Positions 1 through 10,378 of a stretch of 64,000 nucleotides of DNA are shown here, piece by piece; positions within the stretch are counted from its first letter, which is position 1, and each line of letters opens with the position of its first letter. The position numbers were made by a program, and so were the translations under genes. This DNA comes from a bacterium. GTDB lineage: Bacteria > UBA8248. Below the pieces are notes generated by a model that was given only the letters and a program-made list of their open reading frames with translations, made no database searches and had not been told where the DNA came from. Location: positions 96,001 through 160,000 of the forward strand of contig CBDCRP010000003.1 in assembly GCA_965221165.1 (NCBI GenBank), given 5' to 3'.

Positions 1-39
1 GGATTTTGGAAGAGATTATCTGAAGCGGGGAGGGGTTTC

Positions 40-477
40 ATGAGCCCGGGTGATTTTCTCATCATTTGCGCCGCTTCTTTTCTGGCCACTTACGCCCATC
101 TCGTGTTCGCCCTGATTGCGGACAAGATTGGCATGGTGAAGCTCGACTTCGGCAAGGGCCTCTCGATGCTCCTGTTCGGGGAGGCGTACGAGGGAAAACC
201 CCCTTATGCGCTCGGCTTCATCGCCGTGCATCTGAACGGCATCATCTTCGGCTTGATGTACGCCACCGTGGGTGCGGGGTATATTTGCGGGCCGCCCGTG
301 TTTCGCGGGCTAGTGTGGGGCGGGGCGCTCTTGATTTTCTCGCAATGCGTGTTCAATCCGTTCATTACGGGTCATGGCTTTTTCAGCCGCAAAATGCACC
401 CCAGAGCATGGCAGACCGCGCTCATTGCTCACGCCATTTACGGCGGCGTGCTGGGCTGGCTCTCTCCGATACTATGA
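40..477 (+). CDS. Small integral membrane protein (~4 TM helices), function unknown
   Basis: 145-aa hydrophobic ORF with a GGAGG RBS upstream. The motifs 'HLNGIIFGLMY' and 'AHAIYGGVLG' are typical of small 4-TM DUF membrane proteins. Confidence 0.7.
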   Translation: MSPGDFLIICAASFLATYAHLVFALIADKIGMVKLDFGKGLSMLLFGEAYEGKPPYALGFIAVHLNGIIFGLMYATVGAGYICGPPVFRGLVWGGALLIFSQCVFNPFITGHGFFSRKMHPRAWQTALIAHAIYGGVLGWLSPIL

Positions 478-602
478 GATTCGGATCGTGAATACCTCGG
501 TAGTTCTAGGTCCCGATGAATGAATCAAATGGGATTTTATACGAAAGCACGAAATAAGAGTTGGCAGAAACCAGCGCTTTTGATCGGCTGGTGCCGATCT
601 AG

Positions 603-866
603 CTAGGATTCATCTTTTTTTCCGAATGCAAAACCTGCGGATGCAGCAATCACGGTTGCCGCTTCGGAGGTAAGTGCGTCATTCAAGGCGAGCAAGCCGA
701 TGATCGGCAGCGACAGTGCCAGCACCGTATAGCGGATAAATTGCCAACCGAGGCCTCCCTTGCCGCCACTTTTACTTAAGCGGTAACGGTTCAAGAGCCC
801 CCCGATCAGGACAATCGGGACCGCCGACGCGAGAATTACATTTGCGAGACAAAGCCAAGTTTCCAT
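603..866 (-). CDS. Small hypothetical membrane protein (3 hydrophobic segments)
   Basis: 87-aa ORF with clear hydrophobic helices. Codon style differs from the neighbouring genes. Confidence 0.55.
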   Translation of the reverse strand: METWLCLANVILASAVPIVLIGGLLNRYRLSKSGGKGGLGWQFIRYTVLALSLPIIGLLALNDALTSEAATVIAASAGFAFGKKDES

Positions 867-948
867 TAAGCGGCTACACCTTGGTGTCTTAGACCACCCG
901 AACCTGAGTTAGAACTGCGCGTGCCAACTAGTCCGAAGTGGTATCTAT

Positions 949-1050
949 CTAGACCAGCTCTTCGAGTTCCGCCTTGTTCGGCCGAAAACTGTGCAGCTTG
1001 AAGAGAGTGATGTTGTCCCCGTGAGCCTTCCCCGGTACCTTCTGTAGCAT
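949..1050 (-). CDS. Possible 33-aa ORF or gene remnant (MLQKVPGKAHGDNITLFKLHSFRPNKAELEELV)
   Basis: Read by hand: ATG at 1050 preceded by GGGAGATTGGAG, TAG at 949-951. Too short for the ORF track. Confidence 0.25.
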   Translation of the reverse strand: MLQKVPGKAHGDNITLFKLHSFRPNKAELEELV

Positions 1051-1148
1051 CTCCAATCTCCCGTCTTAGTGATTATAACGTAAGCATTCCGAGCGACTCA
1101 GTCAACGGAAAATGTGACCTATGTATATAATTCCCAATCAAATACGCC

Positions 1149-1988
1149 CTATCTCCTCGCTCTTCTCGTCTTGGGCGCTTTGTTCTGCGCGGCCCAGCAC
1201 TTCGCCACCTCACCGGGCGCTGCGATCCAGGCGTCTCCTTTCGCGAGAATGTGCTGGATCAGCCTTTCGAGCATCCGCATCCGGTAGTGCTGGCCGATGA
1301 CCTGGGGATGGCACATGATGTTGATGTATCCGCCTTCCTCATAAGTGCCCTCGAATTCCTCTACCCATATCGAATAAACCGACTCCGCGTCGCGGATGCC
1401 GTGGCCGAGCGGGGGATTCGTGCTGTGGGCGAAGAAGATGAAATCATCGAGGCTCCACTTGGTGGGCAACTCCACCAGGCCGCAATCGTGGTAATAGGGC
1501 CAATCGTCGTCCATCATGTTCGAGTGATACAAGAGCCCGTGTTTTTTAAGGAGGCCCATGGTGTGGACGCTCGGGTCCGCCGAGGGGGTGCGCGAGCCTA
1601 TGATTTCCCCTCCCGTATCCCGCTTAAGGATATCCAAGGCGCGCACGAGCAGTTCTTCTTCGCGCTCGGCGTCACACATCTGATAGGGCTTTTCGTGGAT
1701 GTGACCGTGGTGGCCGATTTCATGCCCCGCCTTCACGATGGACTCGGTCATTCTCGGCCATTTCTCCACCGTCCAGCTCGGGATGTAGAAAGCGCCGGGC
1801 AGGCCGTATTTCTTGAGGAGCTTGAGTATCCGCGGTATCCCCACTTTGGGGCCGTAGGCGCCCATGGAGTTGTGGATGGGGCGCCCCCCCAGCGAGGGCT
1901 CCCGGCCCATCCAGACCGTCTCGCCGTCCACGTCGAAAGTCAGACACACGGCGCATCGCGCCCCATTTTCCCATTTTATCTTAGGCAT
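1149..1988 (-). CDS. Polysaccharide deacetylase (CE4/NodB) family protein, PuuE/PgdA-like
   Basis: Motifs TFDVD, GHHGHIHE, ELPTKWSLDD and MCHPQVIG. Confidence 0.85.
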   Translation of the reverse strand: MPKIKWENGARCAVCLTFDVDGETVWMGREPSLGGRPIHNSMGAYGPKVGIPRILKLLKKYGLPGAFYIPSWTVEKWPRMTESIVKAGHEIGHHGHIHEKPYQMCDAEREEELLVRALDILKRDTGGEIIGSRTPSADPSVHTMGLLKKHGLLYHSNMMDDDWPYYHDCGLVELPTKWSLDDFIFFAHSTNPPLGHGIRDAESVYSIWVEEFEGTYEEGGYINIMCHPQVIGQHYRMRMLERLIQHILAKGDAWIAAPGEVAKCWAAQNKAPKTRRARR

Positions 1989-2027
1989 CCATTTTCCCTC
2001 ATCCTTTCTTTATAAGAAATCTTTCAC

Positions 2028-3251
2028 TCAAGAATCCGCCATCTTTATTAATGCGCGCGCCAGGACGTCGCAACCCCTGTAGGCGTCCTCCCAGTCCATG
2101 TCTTCTTCTTCGGAATGGCTCTTTCCGGCAACGCAGGGCACAAAAATCATGGCCGCGGGGCCGAGGTCGGCCACATAGCGGGCGTCATGTCCGGCGGCGC
2201 TCCACATGGAGCGATGGCTGTAGCCCGCTTCCTCACATACGCTTTCCAAGGCTTGCGACACGCCTGCGTCGAAGCGGATGGGAGTAGAGGAGCCGACGTC
2301 TTGAATCTCGATTTCAAGATTTTCCTTTTCCGCTTCTCTTTGCGCGGCTTCTTTGACGAGTTCCAGTCCTTTCTCCAATGTTTCCGGCTCGTTGTGCCTG
2401 AAATCGACTGAAAACGTCACCTCACCTGGAATGACGTTTATGGCGTTGGGCGATACGGAGATCTCCCCCACCGTAGCCACGAAATCGGGATGCAGTTTTG
2501 CGGGGATTTCACGGATTGCCGAAATGGTGCGCGCCGCGCCCACCAGGGCGTCGCGCCGCATGCGCATCGGCGTGGGACCGGCATGGTCCCGCTCTCCCTT
2601 CATGGTGACCCGGAGCCAGGTGAGGCCGTAAATCCCCTCCACGACCCCCACTTGCACCCCCTCGCTCACGAGAGCGGGACCTTGCTCGATGTGAAGTTCG
2701 AGATACGACCCGATAGGCCGGGGAACGCAGGTTGCATCTCCCCGGTAGCCGATGCGCTCGAGCTCATCCAGAAACCTGACACCTTCAGAGTCTCGCGTCT
2801 CATAAGCGGTCTCGAGCGTTATCGCGCCCGCGAACACGCCGCTTCCGAGCATGGAAGGCGGGAAGCGGGGCCCTTCCTCGTTCGTCCAGTTTACGATTTC
2901 TATCGGGCGTCTCGTCGATATATTCTTGTCGTTCAGCGTCCGGACGGCTTCCAGCGCACCCAGCACGCCCAGTGAGCCATCGAAGCGGCCTCCTTTGGGC
3001 ACACTGTCGAGGTGACTGCCCATCATGGCGGGGTGGGCGTCCTCATCCCGGCCCACTCGCCGGGCAAACATATTTCCCATCTCGTCAATTCGCAGGTCGA
3101 GGCCGGCATCGATCGCCCACGCGGCGAACAAATCCCTCGCTTGCTTGTCGGCGTCGGTGAGTGTGAGGCGATGCACGCCGCCGCCTTTCGTCGCTCCGAT
3201 ACGGGCCATCTCCTCCATGGATTGGCGAAAACGATCAGTGTTGATTATCAA
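2028..3251 (-). CDS. M20 Zn-dependent amidohydrolase (N-carbamoyl-L-amino acid / allantoate amidohydrolase family)
   Basis: Motifs GSHLDSV, GRFDG, NEEGxRF, ELHIEQGP, HAGPTPM and SAAGHDA. Confidence 0.92.
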   Translation of the reverse strand: MIINTDRFRQSMEEMARIGATKGGGVHRLTLTDADKQARDLFAAWAIDAGLDLRIDEMGNMFARRVGRDEDAHPAMMGSHLDSVPKGGRFDGSLGVLGALEAVRTLNDKNISTRRPIEIVNWTNEEGPRFPPSMLGSGVFAGAITLETAYETRDSEGVRFLDELERIGYRGDATCVPRPIGSYLELHIEQGPALVSEGVQVGVVEGIYGLTWLRVTMKGERDHAGPTPMRMRRDALVGAARTISAIREIPAKLHPDFVATVGEISVSPNAINVIPGEVTFSVDFRHNEPETLEKGLELVKEAAQREAEKENLEIEIQDVGSSTPIRFDAGVSQALESVCEEAGYSHRSMWSAAGHDARYVADLGPAAMIFVPCVAGKSHSEEEDMDWEDAYRGCDVLARALIKMADS

Positions 3252-3326
3252 TTCGAGCCCTTAGGCGTTGGTTGTGCGAAAAGAAATATACGCGGGGACG
3301 CCCGGCCAGGGACTCCCGCCGGGCAA

Positions 3327-6300
3327 TCAATTGTTAGCGACTACGATTTTCTCATAGACCTCTCTCACGAGGCCGGTGTGTTTCTCAAACAAGGCCAACA
3401 ACTTGGCATTGGCGCTTCCGTCCATATCATCCACGAAATTCATGCGGCGCGCCAACATGTCCATGGCTCGCCTCGTTTTCAGAAAAATGTTGATCGACTG
3501 CGCATTGCCGATGCGGAGACGATTCTCTACGAGGCGCAAGAAGCGGTATCCGTCGAGCAGCGCGCCGGTGTCTTCATTCGAAAGCATCCCGGCCTTATTC
3601 AGGGCCTGCAATGCAAAGTAGGTATTCGCAATCCGGAGTTCTGGATGCGCTCTTCCGTTTTTTATCAGAAGATACTGCGTCAAAAACTCGATGTCGATGA
3701 TCCCCCCGCGCCCGAGTTTAATGTCGGCGATTCCCTCATCCTCAGCGGACAGTTCGTTTTCAATGCGCCCGCGCATGTGGCGAACCTGTTCTGCGAGGTC
3801 TGCGGGCGCTTCACGCTCATATACGAATTCAGACACAAGCTCCATGAATTCCGCGCCGAACCCCTCCGATCCCGCGGCATGTCTTGACCTCGTAAGTGCT
3901 TGTCTTTCCCATGTTTTAGCGCGATTATTAAAGTATTCCCTAAAGACATCAATCGGTGCGGCCAATGCGCCTTTTGCTCCTTCGGGCCGCAGGCGCAGGT
4001 CCATTTCGTAGGTCCGGTCCCGGGAGCCTGAGGAGGACAGGCCGTCGCGCAGGCATGTGGCGACTTTGATATAGAATTCATGATTCGAGACGGATTTGTA
4101 TTCGGCGGATTTTCCATCGATTTCTCCGCTCGTATTCCCTGCCGCGCTGTAGACGAATATCAGGTCCAGATCCGAACCATAGTTCATCTCCTCGCTTCCC
4201 ATCTTGCCGAGGCCGATAATGGCGAATCGAGCTTTATCGCCCGTATCCGCTTCCATCGGTACGCCATATAATTTGAGCATCCTCTCGTGGGCGATCTCAT
4301 ATCCACTCCTCAAAGTGGCTTCCGCAAGGTGGGAGAGGGCGGAGAGAGTCTCCTGAATGTCCGCTGCCCCGAGAATGCTTCTGATTCCTATCGCGAGTTC
4401 CTCGCTTTTTTTGAGCAGGTGCAGGCGATTGAATTTTTCTTCCGCCGAGATTTGCGAGGCCGCTATTTTCTTGAGTTCCTCGGCGAGGAGCTCCTTCGGG
4501 CGCGGCTCGGAGAGGGTTTTCGTCTGAAAGAGTGTTTCCAGGAGCCCGGGCTGTTCTATCAGAACCTCTGCGAGGTAATTGCTCGAAGCGAATAATTTGA
4601 GAATGATTTCCAGCGATTCTTCCTGCTCGGCCATGAACCCAAGGATGGACTCGCGACCTCCGCCCTTTTCCACGAATTTATTGAGATGCGCAATGGCCCT
4701 GTCCGGTTCCGGGAGGTCGAGCGTTTGATACAACAGGCGGGGGAGGAGTTCGTCGAAAATCCGCTTCGCCTTGGCGCTGACGTGTTCGAGCGATGCGCCG
4801 TTTCTCAGGAGTTTGAGGTGCGTACTCACGCCTTCGGGATCCACGAAGCTGTATGAAGCCAGATCCTCTGCGGATAGTGAATCGCCCAGGGTAAGCGTCG
4901 GGGTCGGCGAGCCGCTCTCCGATTCCGTTTCTTCGTCCCCGTTTTCGCTACGGAACATGTTTTCAAAAATCTTCGATACATTGTTCTGGTGATACGTCAG
5001 GCGAGTTTTCAACTCATCGCCTACCGCGCAGTCCATCTTGCGCGCCAGCACGTTCAAACTCTTCTCGTCGGTCGGAATTTCATGCGTCTGAAGCCCGTGA
5101 GTAACTTGCACGCGATGTTCCACGTCTCTCAAGAACACGTATGCATTCGAAAGTTGATCGCATTCATGGGCGGGCAGGAGGCCGAGCGCCTCGATGATGG
5201 AGAGGCCTTGCAACGTGCTCGAGTTCTGGAGAAGCGTTTCGCGGCCACCGTAGATGAGTTGCAGGGCCTGGGTGATGAATTCAATTTCGCGGATGCCGCC
5301 CTCACCGAGTTTGACGTTCCGGGTCGCGGCGTCCGCACCCTTGAGATTTTCGTTGATGCGGCCCTTGATGCGGCCGATCTCCTCGAGCACGCTGATGTCC
5401 ATCGTCCGCCGGTACACGAAAGGACGTATCATTTTCATGAAGTCATCGCTCAACGCGGCGGAACCCGCGCAATGTCTGGATTTGATCAACATCTGCCGTT
5501 CCCATGTCTCTCCCCATGATTCGTAATAGACTTCACAGCTCCTGAGCGAATGGGCCAATGCGCCTTGAGATCCCTCGGGGCGCAGGCGCGTATCTATTCG
5601 AAACACATGGCCTTCTTCGGTGTTTTTCCCCATCAGCGATATGACACGCCTCGCCATATGTGCGGAAAATTCATAGTTGGAGATTTGTCTTTTGATTCGC
5701 CCAGTGATTGAATCCGCCACACCAGAGGTCTGTCCGTCATCCGAGGAATAAATGAACACGACGTCTATATCTGAACTGAAATTGAGTTCGAGGCCGCCCA
5801 GTTTTCCCATCCCGAGTACGCTGAACTCGGTATTCCGCCATTGCCCTTTCGCGTTCTGGTACCGGGGTTTGCCATATTTCCGCTCGAGTTCGGCCCGGGC
5901 GATTCGAACGGCCACCTCCAGGCAGGCATCGGCCAAACAGGAAAGGTTGTAGGTGATTTCCTGGAGAGATGCCCGCCGCAGCAAATCCAGCACCGCGATT
6001 CTCAGATATTCTCGCTGGCGAAATCGGCGCATGGCATTTTCCGGCCCATTCGGGAAATCCTGACCGTCGCGCACCCACCGCCACATCTCGGATACCATTT
6101 TTTCTTTTGTGCGAACGGCTTTCAATGTAGCGGGGCGTAAAAGCCAGTCGAGAAAATGAGGATGCCGCAGAATCGTTTCAATCAGAAACTGACTCCCGCC
6201 CGCCAATGAGAAGAGCTCCGCTCTGCGCTCGTCCGAGCGGGCGAGGGCTTTGAGAAGTGAATCCGGGTTGTCGCGAGTAGCCAGAATTCGCTCGAAATTA

Positions 6301-6542
6301 CTCAGAGCGCGTTCCGGATCGAATGTATCGCGCAAAGAGGAGAGCAACTGCAATAAAAATTTCGAATTGTTTCGCGGAAACGTCGGGTGCAAAGCAAGGG
6401 ACTGCAGATTTCTGGTTACCCCTATCGGGTCACTGACTCCGATTAAACCGAGAAGGTCTTTCGCCGCAGGGGTAGGGGCACCGCCCGCCAATAGCTTTTC
6501 CAAGTGGGGAAACCCCGGATGCTCGTCAATCTGACCGCTCAT
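3327..6542 (-). CDS. glnE: Bifunctional glutamine synthetase adenylyltransferase/adenylyl-removing enzyme
   Basis: Two nucleotidyltransferase domains (GMGKLGGLELNFSSDID and GLGKMGSEEMNYGSDLD), RLRPEG and WERQ twice, KLGxGGIxxIEF twice. Confidence 0.95.
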   Translation of the reverse strand: MSGQIDEHPGFPHLEKLLAGGAPTPAAKDLLGLIGVSDPIGVTRNLQSLALHPTFPRNNSKFLLQLLSSLRDTFDPERALSNFERILATRDNPDSLLKALARSDERRAELFSLAGGSQFLIETILRHPHFLDWLLRPATLKAVRTKEKMVSEMWRWVRDGQDFPNGPENAMRRFRQREYLRIAVLDLLRRASLQEITYNLSCLADACLEVAVRIARAELERKYGKPRYQNAKGQWRNTEFSVLGMGKLGGLELNFSSDIDVVFIYSSDDGQTSGVADSITGRIKRQISNYEFSAHMARRVISLMGKNTEEGHVFRIDTRLRPEGSQGALAHSLRSCEVYYESWGETWERQMLIKSRHCAGSAALSDDFMKMIRPFVYRRTMDISVLEEIGRIKGRINENLKGADAATRNVKLGEGGIREIEFITQALQLIYGGRETLLQNSSTLQGLSIIEALGLLPAHECDQLSNAYVFLRDVEHRVQVTHGLQTHEIPTDEKSLNVLARKMDCAVGDELKTRLTYHQNNVSKIFENMFRSENGDEETESESGSPTPTLTLGDSLSAEDLASYSFVDPEGVSTHLKLLRNGASLEHVSAKAKRIFDELLPRLLYQTLDLPEPDRAIAHLNKFVEKGGGRESILGFMAEQEESLEIILKLFASSNYLAEVLIEQPGLLETLFQTKTLSEPRPKELLAEELKKIAASQISAEEKFNRLHLLKKSEELAIGIRSILGAADIQETLSALSHLAEATLRSGYEIAHERMLKLYGVPMEADTGDKARFAIIGLGKMGSEEMNYGSDLDLIFVYSAAGNTSGEIDGKSAEYKSVSNHEFYIKVATCLRDGLSSSGSRDRTYEMDLRLRPEGAKGALAAPIDVFREYFNNRAKTWERQALTRSRHAAGSEGFGAEFMELVSEFVYEREAPADLAEQVRHMRGRIENELSAEDEGIADIKLGRGGIIDIEFLTQYLLIKNGRAHPELRIANTYFALQALNKAGMLSNEDTGALLDGYRFLRLVENRLRIGNAQSINIFLKTRRAMDMLARRMNFVDDMDGSANAKLLALFEKHTGLVREVYEKIVVANN

Positions 6543-6573
6543 ATGACATCTCCCCGAAATCACCTATTCCAGA

Positions 6574-7788
6574 CTAACGTATAGGATCTCCCGGATTCGC
6601 CGCCGCCTGGTGAAGCGCCGAATTCTCCTCTGTTCTGGGCAACCAAGAGAAAGCGACCAGACTTCCCATGCATGCGATGCCGATTGCGCCAAAAACGAAT
6701 TCCAGGCCATATGTATCCGCCAGTATACCCAGAAAAAACAACCCCAGGCCAACAAAAATCTGATTCGCCGTAAAAATAACGCCGACGACGCTGCCGGCCA
6801 GTTCAGGCGGACTGACCTCAAAACCGTATGCGAAGATGGCCGAGCGCATGGAGATGAGGAAAACACCAACCGATGCGATGCAAACATAGAGGAAAATTCC
6901 CGTGCCCACGTGGGGAATCATGAACATCGCGATTCCGCCGGCGGCTATCCCGACGAAGAGGATCAACTTTCGGGAAATTCTGTCGGAAAGATAGCCGACG
7001 ATCGTTTCGGGAAATATGGAGGCGGCCGAATATGCGCCCAGCGCAAGGCCTAAGGTGCTCGGCCCCACGCCGTACTTTCTCACCAGCAAAATGGGCAGGA
7101 AAATCGAGACGACGTTATGCGCCAGCGTCCGCACGCCCGAGAAAACACAGGCTCCGATCATCCCGGGGTTCTTGATAAGCGCATCCACGAAATTGCCGGA
7201 AGTGATGGCGGAACCGGGCTTTTGCTTTCCGCTGGTTTGGAAAGGCTCCAGACAAACGCACAGGAGTATGGCCGTGGCGAACAGCGGAATCGTGTTCGCC
7301 AGCAATACGCCCCGCCACGTCATTATCAGGAGCAGATAACCCGCGATGATGGGGGCGAGGGTTTGTCCCAGGTTCGCGCCCGTTCCATGCACGCCCAGGG
7401 CGAAGCCTTTGCGGTTCTCGAAGCGCATTCCCAGCAAGCCCATAGCGGGTGGATGCCAACTGTGCGTCGCCAATCCGCTCAGCCATATGATGGGGGCCAG
7501 CATGAGAAATCCCGCCGAAAAACTCGCCGCGCCGTAAAACAGCCCGACGAAAGCCATGCACCCCACCAGCAGCCATTTCCCGCCGCCGTAAGCGTCGATG
7601 ACCAGGCCCGTTCCCACGCTGCTGAAAGCGCTCATTACGGCTCTGCCCGTAAACAGAAGTCCCACCTGGGTCAGCGTGAGGCCCAGATCTTCGGCCAGAT
7701 AAGGAATGACGGGGCCCAGAACGCCCTGGAACCAGTGTTCACAGGCGTGACCGGTGGTGAGCAGGGCGAGAAGTTGCCATTTCTTCAA
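6574..7788 (-). CDS. MFS transporter (Fsr-like)
   Basis: 404 aa, ~12 TM. Motifs HSWHPPA and GYLSDRISRK. Confidence 0.88.
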   Translation of the reverse strand: MKKWQLLALLTTGHACEHWFQGVLGPVIPYLAEDLGLTLTQVGLLFTGRAVMSAFSSVGTGLVIDAYGGGKWLLVGCMAFVGLFYGAASFSAGFLMLAPIIWLSGLATHSWHPPAMGLLGMRFENRKGFALGVHGTGANLGQTLAPIIAGYLLLIMTWRGVLLANTIPLFATAILLCVCLEPFQTSGKQKPGSAITSGNFVDALIKNPGMIGACVFSGVRTLAHNVVSIFLPILLVRKYGVGPSTLGLALGAYSAASIFPETIVGYLSDRISRKLILFVGIAAGGIAMFMIPHVGTGIFLYVCIASVGVFLISMRSAIFAYGFEVSPPELAGSVVGVIFTANQIFVGLGLFFLGILADTYGLEFVFGAIGIACMGSLVAFSWLPRTEENSALHQAAANPGDPIR

Positions 7789-7964
7789 GGTTTCGTGTCT
7801 TTCATGGCGAAGTGATGGCGCGAAATAGAGACGGGAAATCCTAGCATTTTGATACGGGCGGGCATAGGCAGGGAATGACTCCTGGTTGCCGTTTCATATG
7901 GTCCGGCAAGGGGGAGTAAGTAAATTATTTGTAGCCTTTGATGAGACGGGATGGGTAAACTTCC

Positions 7965-8005
7965 GTAGGGTCGGGCATACATGGCCGCCACCTGTATGTC
8001 CGACC
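7965..8005 (+). repeat. GTAG-type REP-like palindrome
   Basis: GTAG followed by GGTCGGGCATACA-N11-TGTATGTCCGACC, immediately downstream of the dppC stop codon. Confidence 0.55.
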
Positions 8006-8008
8006 GGG

Positions 8009-8905
8009 CTATTTCCTCAGCTTGGGGTCGAGCGCGTCGCGAAGGCCATCCCCCAGCAGGTTAAAGGAAACACCACCCCCATGAGGGCCAGACCTGGAAT
8101 GGTGAGCAGATGCGGCGCCAGGGCCATGTAGGAGCGGGCGTCGGCGAGCATGGTTCCCCACTCAGGTATGGGAGGGGGCACCCCGATGCCCAGGAAGCTC
8201 AATCCAGCCGCCACGCGAATGGAAGTCGCGATCAAAAAGGTGGACTGGACGACGATGGGGCCGAGCGTTCCCGGGAAGATGTGAAAAAACAGAACGCGGC
8301 GGCTGGAGCCACCCATGGCCTGGGCCGCTTCCACGAATTCGGTTTCCTTTAAGACGAAAACCGAGCTGCGCACAAGGCGGGCGTAGGTGGGGATCGCAAA
8401 AATGCCGACCGCCAGCATGATGTTCTCCATCCCCGTTCCGATGATGGCGATGAGAAGAATGGACAACAGGATGCGCGGGAAGGTGAGCATGACGTCCACC
8501 ACCCGCATGATGAGGTTGTCTATCCACCCTCCTAGATACCCGCCGATCAGACCGAGCAGGACGCCCCCGAGCGCCGCGATAAGGACGGAGAAAACGCCGA
8601 TTAACAAGGAGGTGCGGGCGCCGTAGATGATGCGGCTCAGAACGTCTCGCCCGAAATGATCCGTCCCGAAAGGATGGGCGAGGGAAGGGTCTTTCAGCGC
8701 CTCCTGAAAATTCGCTTTTATGGGGTCATAAGGTGCAATAATGGGCGCCAACAGGGAAACGCCGATGAACAAGAAAGACGAAAACACACCCGAGCACCGC
8801 GACTTTGTGCAGGAAGAGACGGCGCAAGGTATCGGTCCACATGCCGCGAATCGGCTCGCTTTCCACTTCCGGTATGAGGGGTGCGGTATTGACGGCCTGG
8901 CTCAT
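8009..8905 (-). pseudogene. dppC: Peptide/nickel ABC permease (DppC/OppC family), orphan, with two frameshifts (~8774 and ~8068)
   Basis: HPFGTDHFGRDVLSR and EFVEAA motifs. The N-terminus (MSQAV...RRLFLHKVAVLG) and C-terminus (FNLLGDGLRDALDPKLRK) are in other frames, shifted at T runs. May be a sequencing error rather than a true pseudogene. Confidence 0.8.
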
Positions 8906-8911
8906 TCCCCC

Positions 8912-8932
8912 GACCCTCAAGGTGGGGAGTGA
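8912..8932 (+). repeat. Fragment of a dispersed repeat also present at 27928-27948
   Basis: GACCCTCAAGGTGGGGAGTGA versus GACCCTCAAGGGGGGGAGTAA (19/21 identical). Confidence 0.6.
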
Positions 8933-9108
8933 TTCCAGATAGCGCGCTGCATTGACTGCGGGCCGGAATGAGGGTGACCATTCACCACCGAAGATGACGG
9001 CCTTGATGTCGCGGGGGCTTGCGTCTTACCATGGCGTCACCATCCTGAGACCCTTGCGATTGAGCCGAGGCATCCCCCTTGCGTATCAATCCCGACCGAG
9101 GAGTTGAA

Positions 9109-10378
9109 ATGCGCAGATTGTTTTTCATCGGACAAGGTCTGGCGCTCGCTTTCATGGTGTTCGCGACTGCCGCTTTCAGCAGTGGTTTCAAATCGGGGCC
9201 ACTCGGTGCGGTTGAGATCAAGCGCGGTCAGCCGATCGAAATCCGCGTTCTCCTTTCCGATACGGTCGTGCCGTCCGTGTCCCCTCTCATTCAGACCGCC
9301 ATCGAGATAGCGGTCAAGGACTTCGGTCCCATACACGGGCGCCGGGTCTCCACCGAAACCCTCGACGAGATGTGCTCGGGCGAGGGTGGGCGCGCGACGG
9401 CTGAAGCCGTCGTTGCCGACGCGCAGGTCGTCGGCGTCATCGGCACCTTGTGCTCCGGTGCAGCGGTGGAGGCGTCGCCCGTCATCAGCAAGGCGGGTCT
9501 ATCGATGGTATCGCCGTCCAACACGGCGCCTGTCCTCACGTCCGACCTGTCCGGGAATGCCGGTCCCGACTACCACAAGGGTTACTACCGTGTTGTGGAC
9601 AACGACCTCATCGAGGCAAGCATTGTCGCGCATTTCAGCTACGATGAACTTGGATTGCGCACGATGGTGACGATCCATGACGGTGACCCGTATACCAGCG
9701 CCATTTCGAACGCTTTTGCCGTTGCTTTCAGGAAGCATGGCGGCACTGTTCCGGTCATCGCCCAGGTGGCGAAAGGCCAGACCGACATGGCCGCCGTTCT
9801 CGCCCGGTTCGAGGAAGCCGCCCCCGATGGCGTGTTCATCCCGCTCTTTCCGGCGGAGGCAACGTCCTTGATTCGACAGGCAGCCCGGCTCGGCGCCCTG
9901 AAAAGCGTGAGGAGAATCAGTGGCGCGGCCACATTGGCGGCTCAGTTTCTTGCGTTGCCCGAATCGAAAGGCGTCTATTTCACGGGACCTGATCTTGGAG
10001 ACAGCAGGAACACGAACCAGGCGACAGGCAGAAGCGCTGCGGACGTACTCACCGAGTTCAAGGCAGCCTATGGAGGGCCTCCCGACGTCCCCGTACTGGG
10101 CGCACGGCTATGACGCTACGACACTGCTACTCTCGGCCATCAAGCAGATTTCGGTCGTAGATGGGGAGACGCTGTACATCGACCGTGCGGCGCTCCGTGA
10201 CGCATTGAATCGCACCGCAGGTTTCCAGGGCATCATCGGCACGCTTACCTGCGATGACTTCGGGGACTGCGGCACCGGCCGCAGCGTGATACATCTGCAC
10301 ATGGACTCCAGTGTCACAGACCCGTCACTCCTGCCCATCGTGTACAAGGGTGCGCGGGAGTCGCACCCGCCTCAATAG
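9109..10378 (+). CDS. Branched-chain amino acid ABC substrate-binding protein (LivJ/LivK-like), frameshifted near 10075
   Basis: Signal peptide plus motifs DEMCSGEGG, VIGTLCSGA, SPSNTAP and HDGDPY. The C-terminal part (YWAHGYDAT...GTLTCDDFGD) lies in ORF 9920-10378. Confidence 0.8.
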
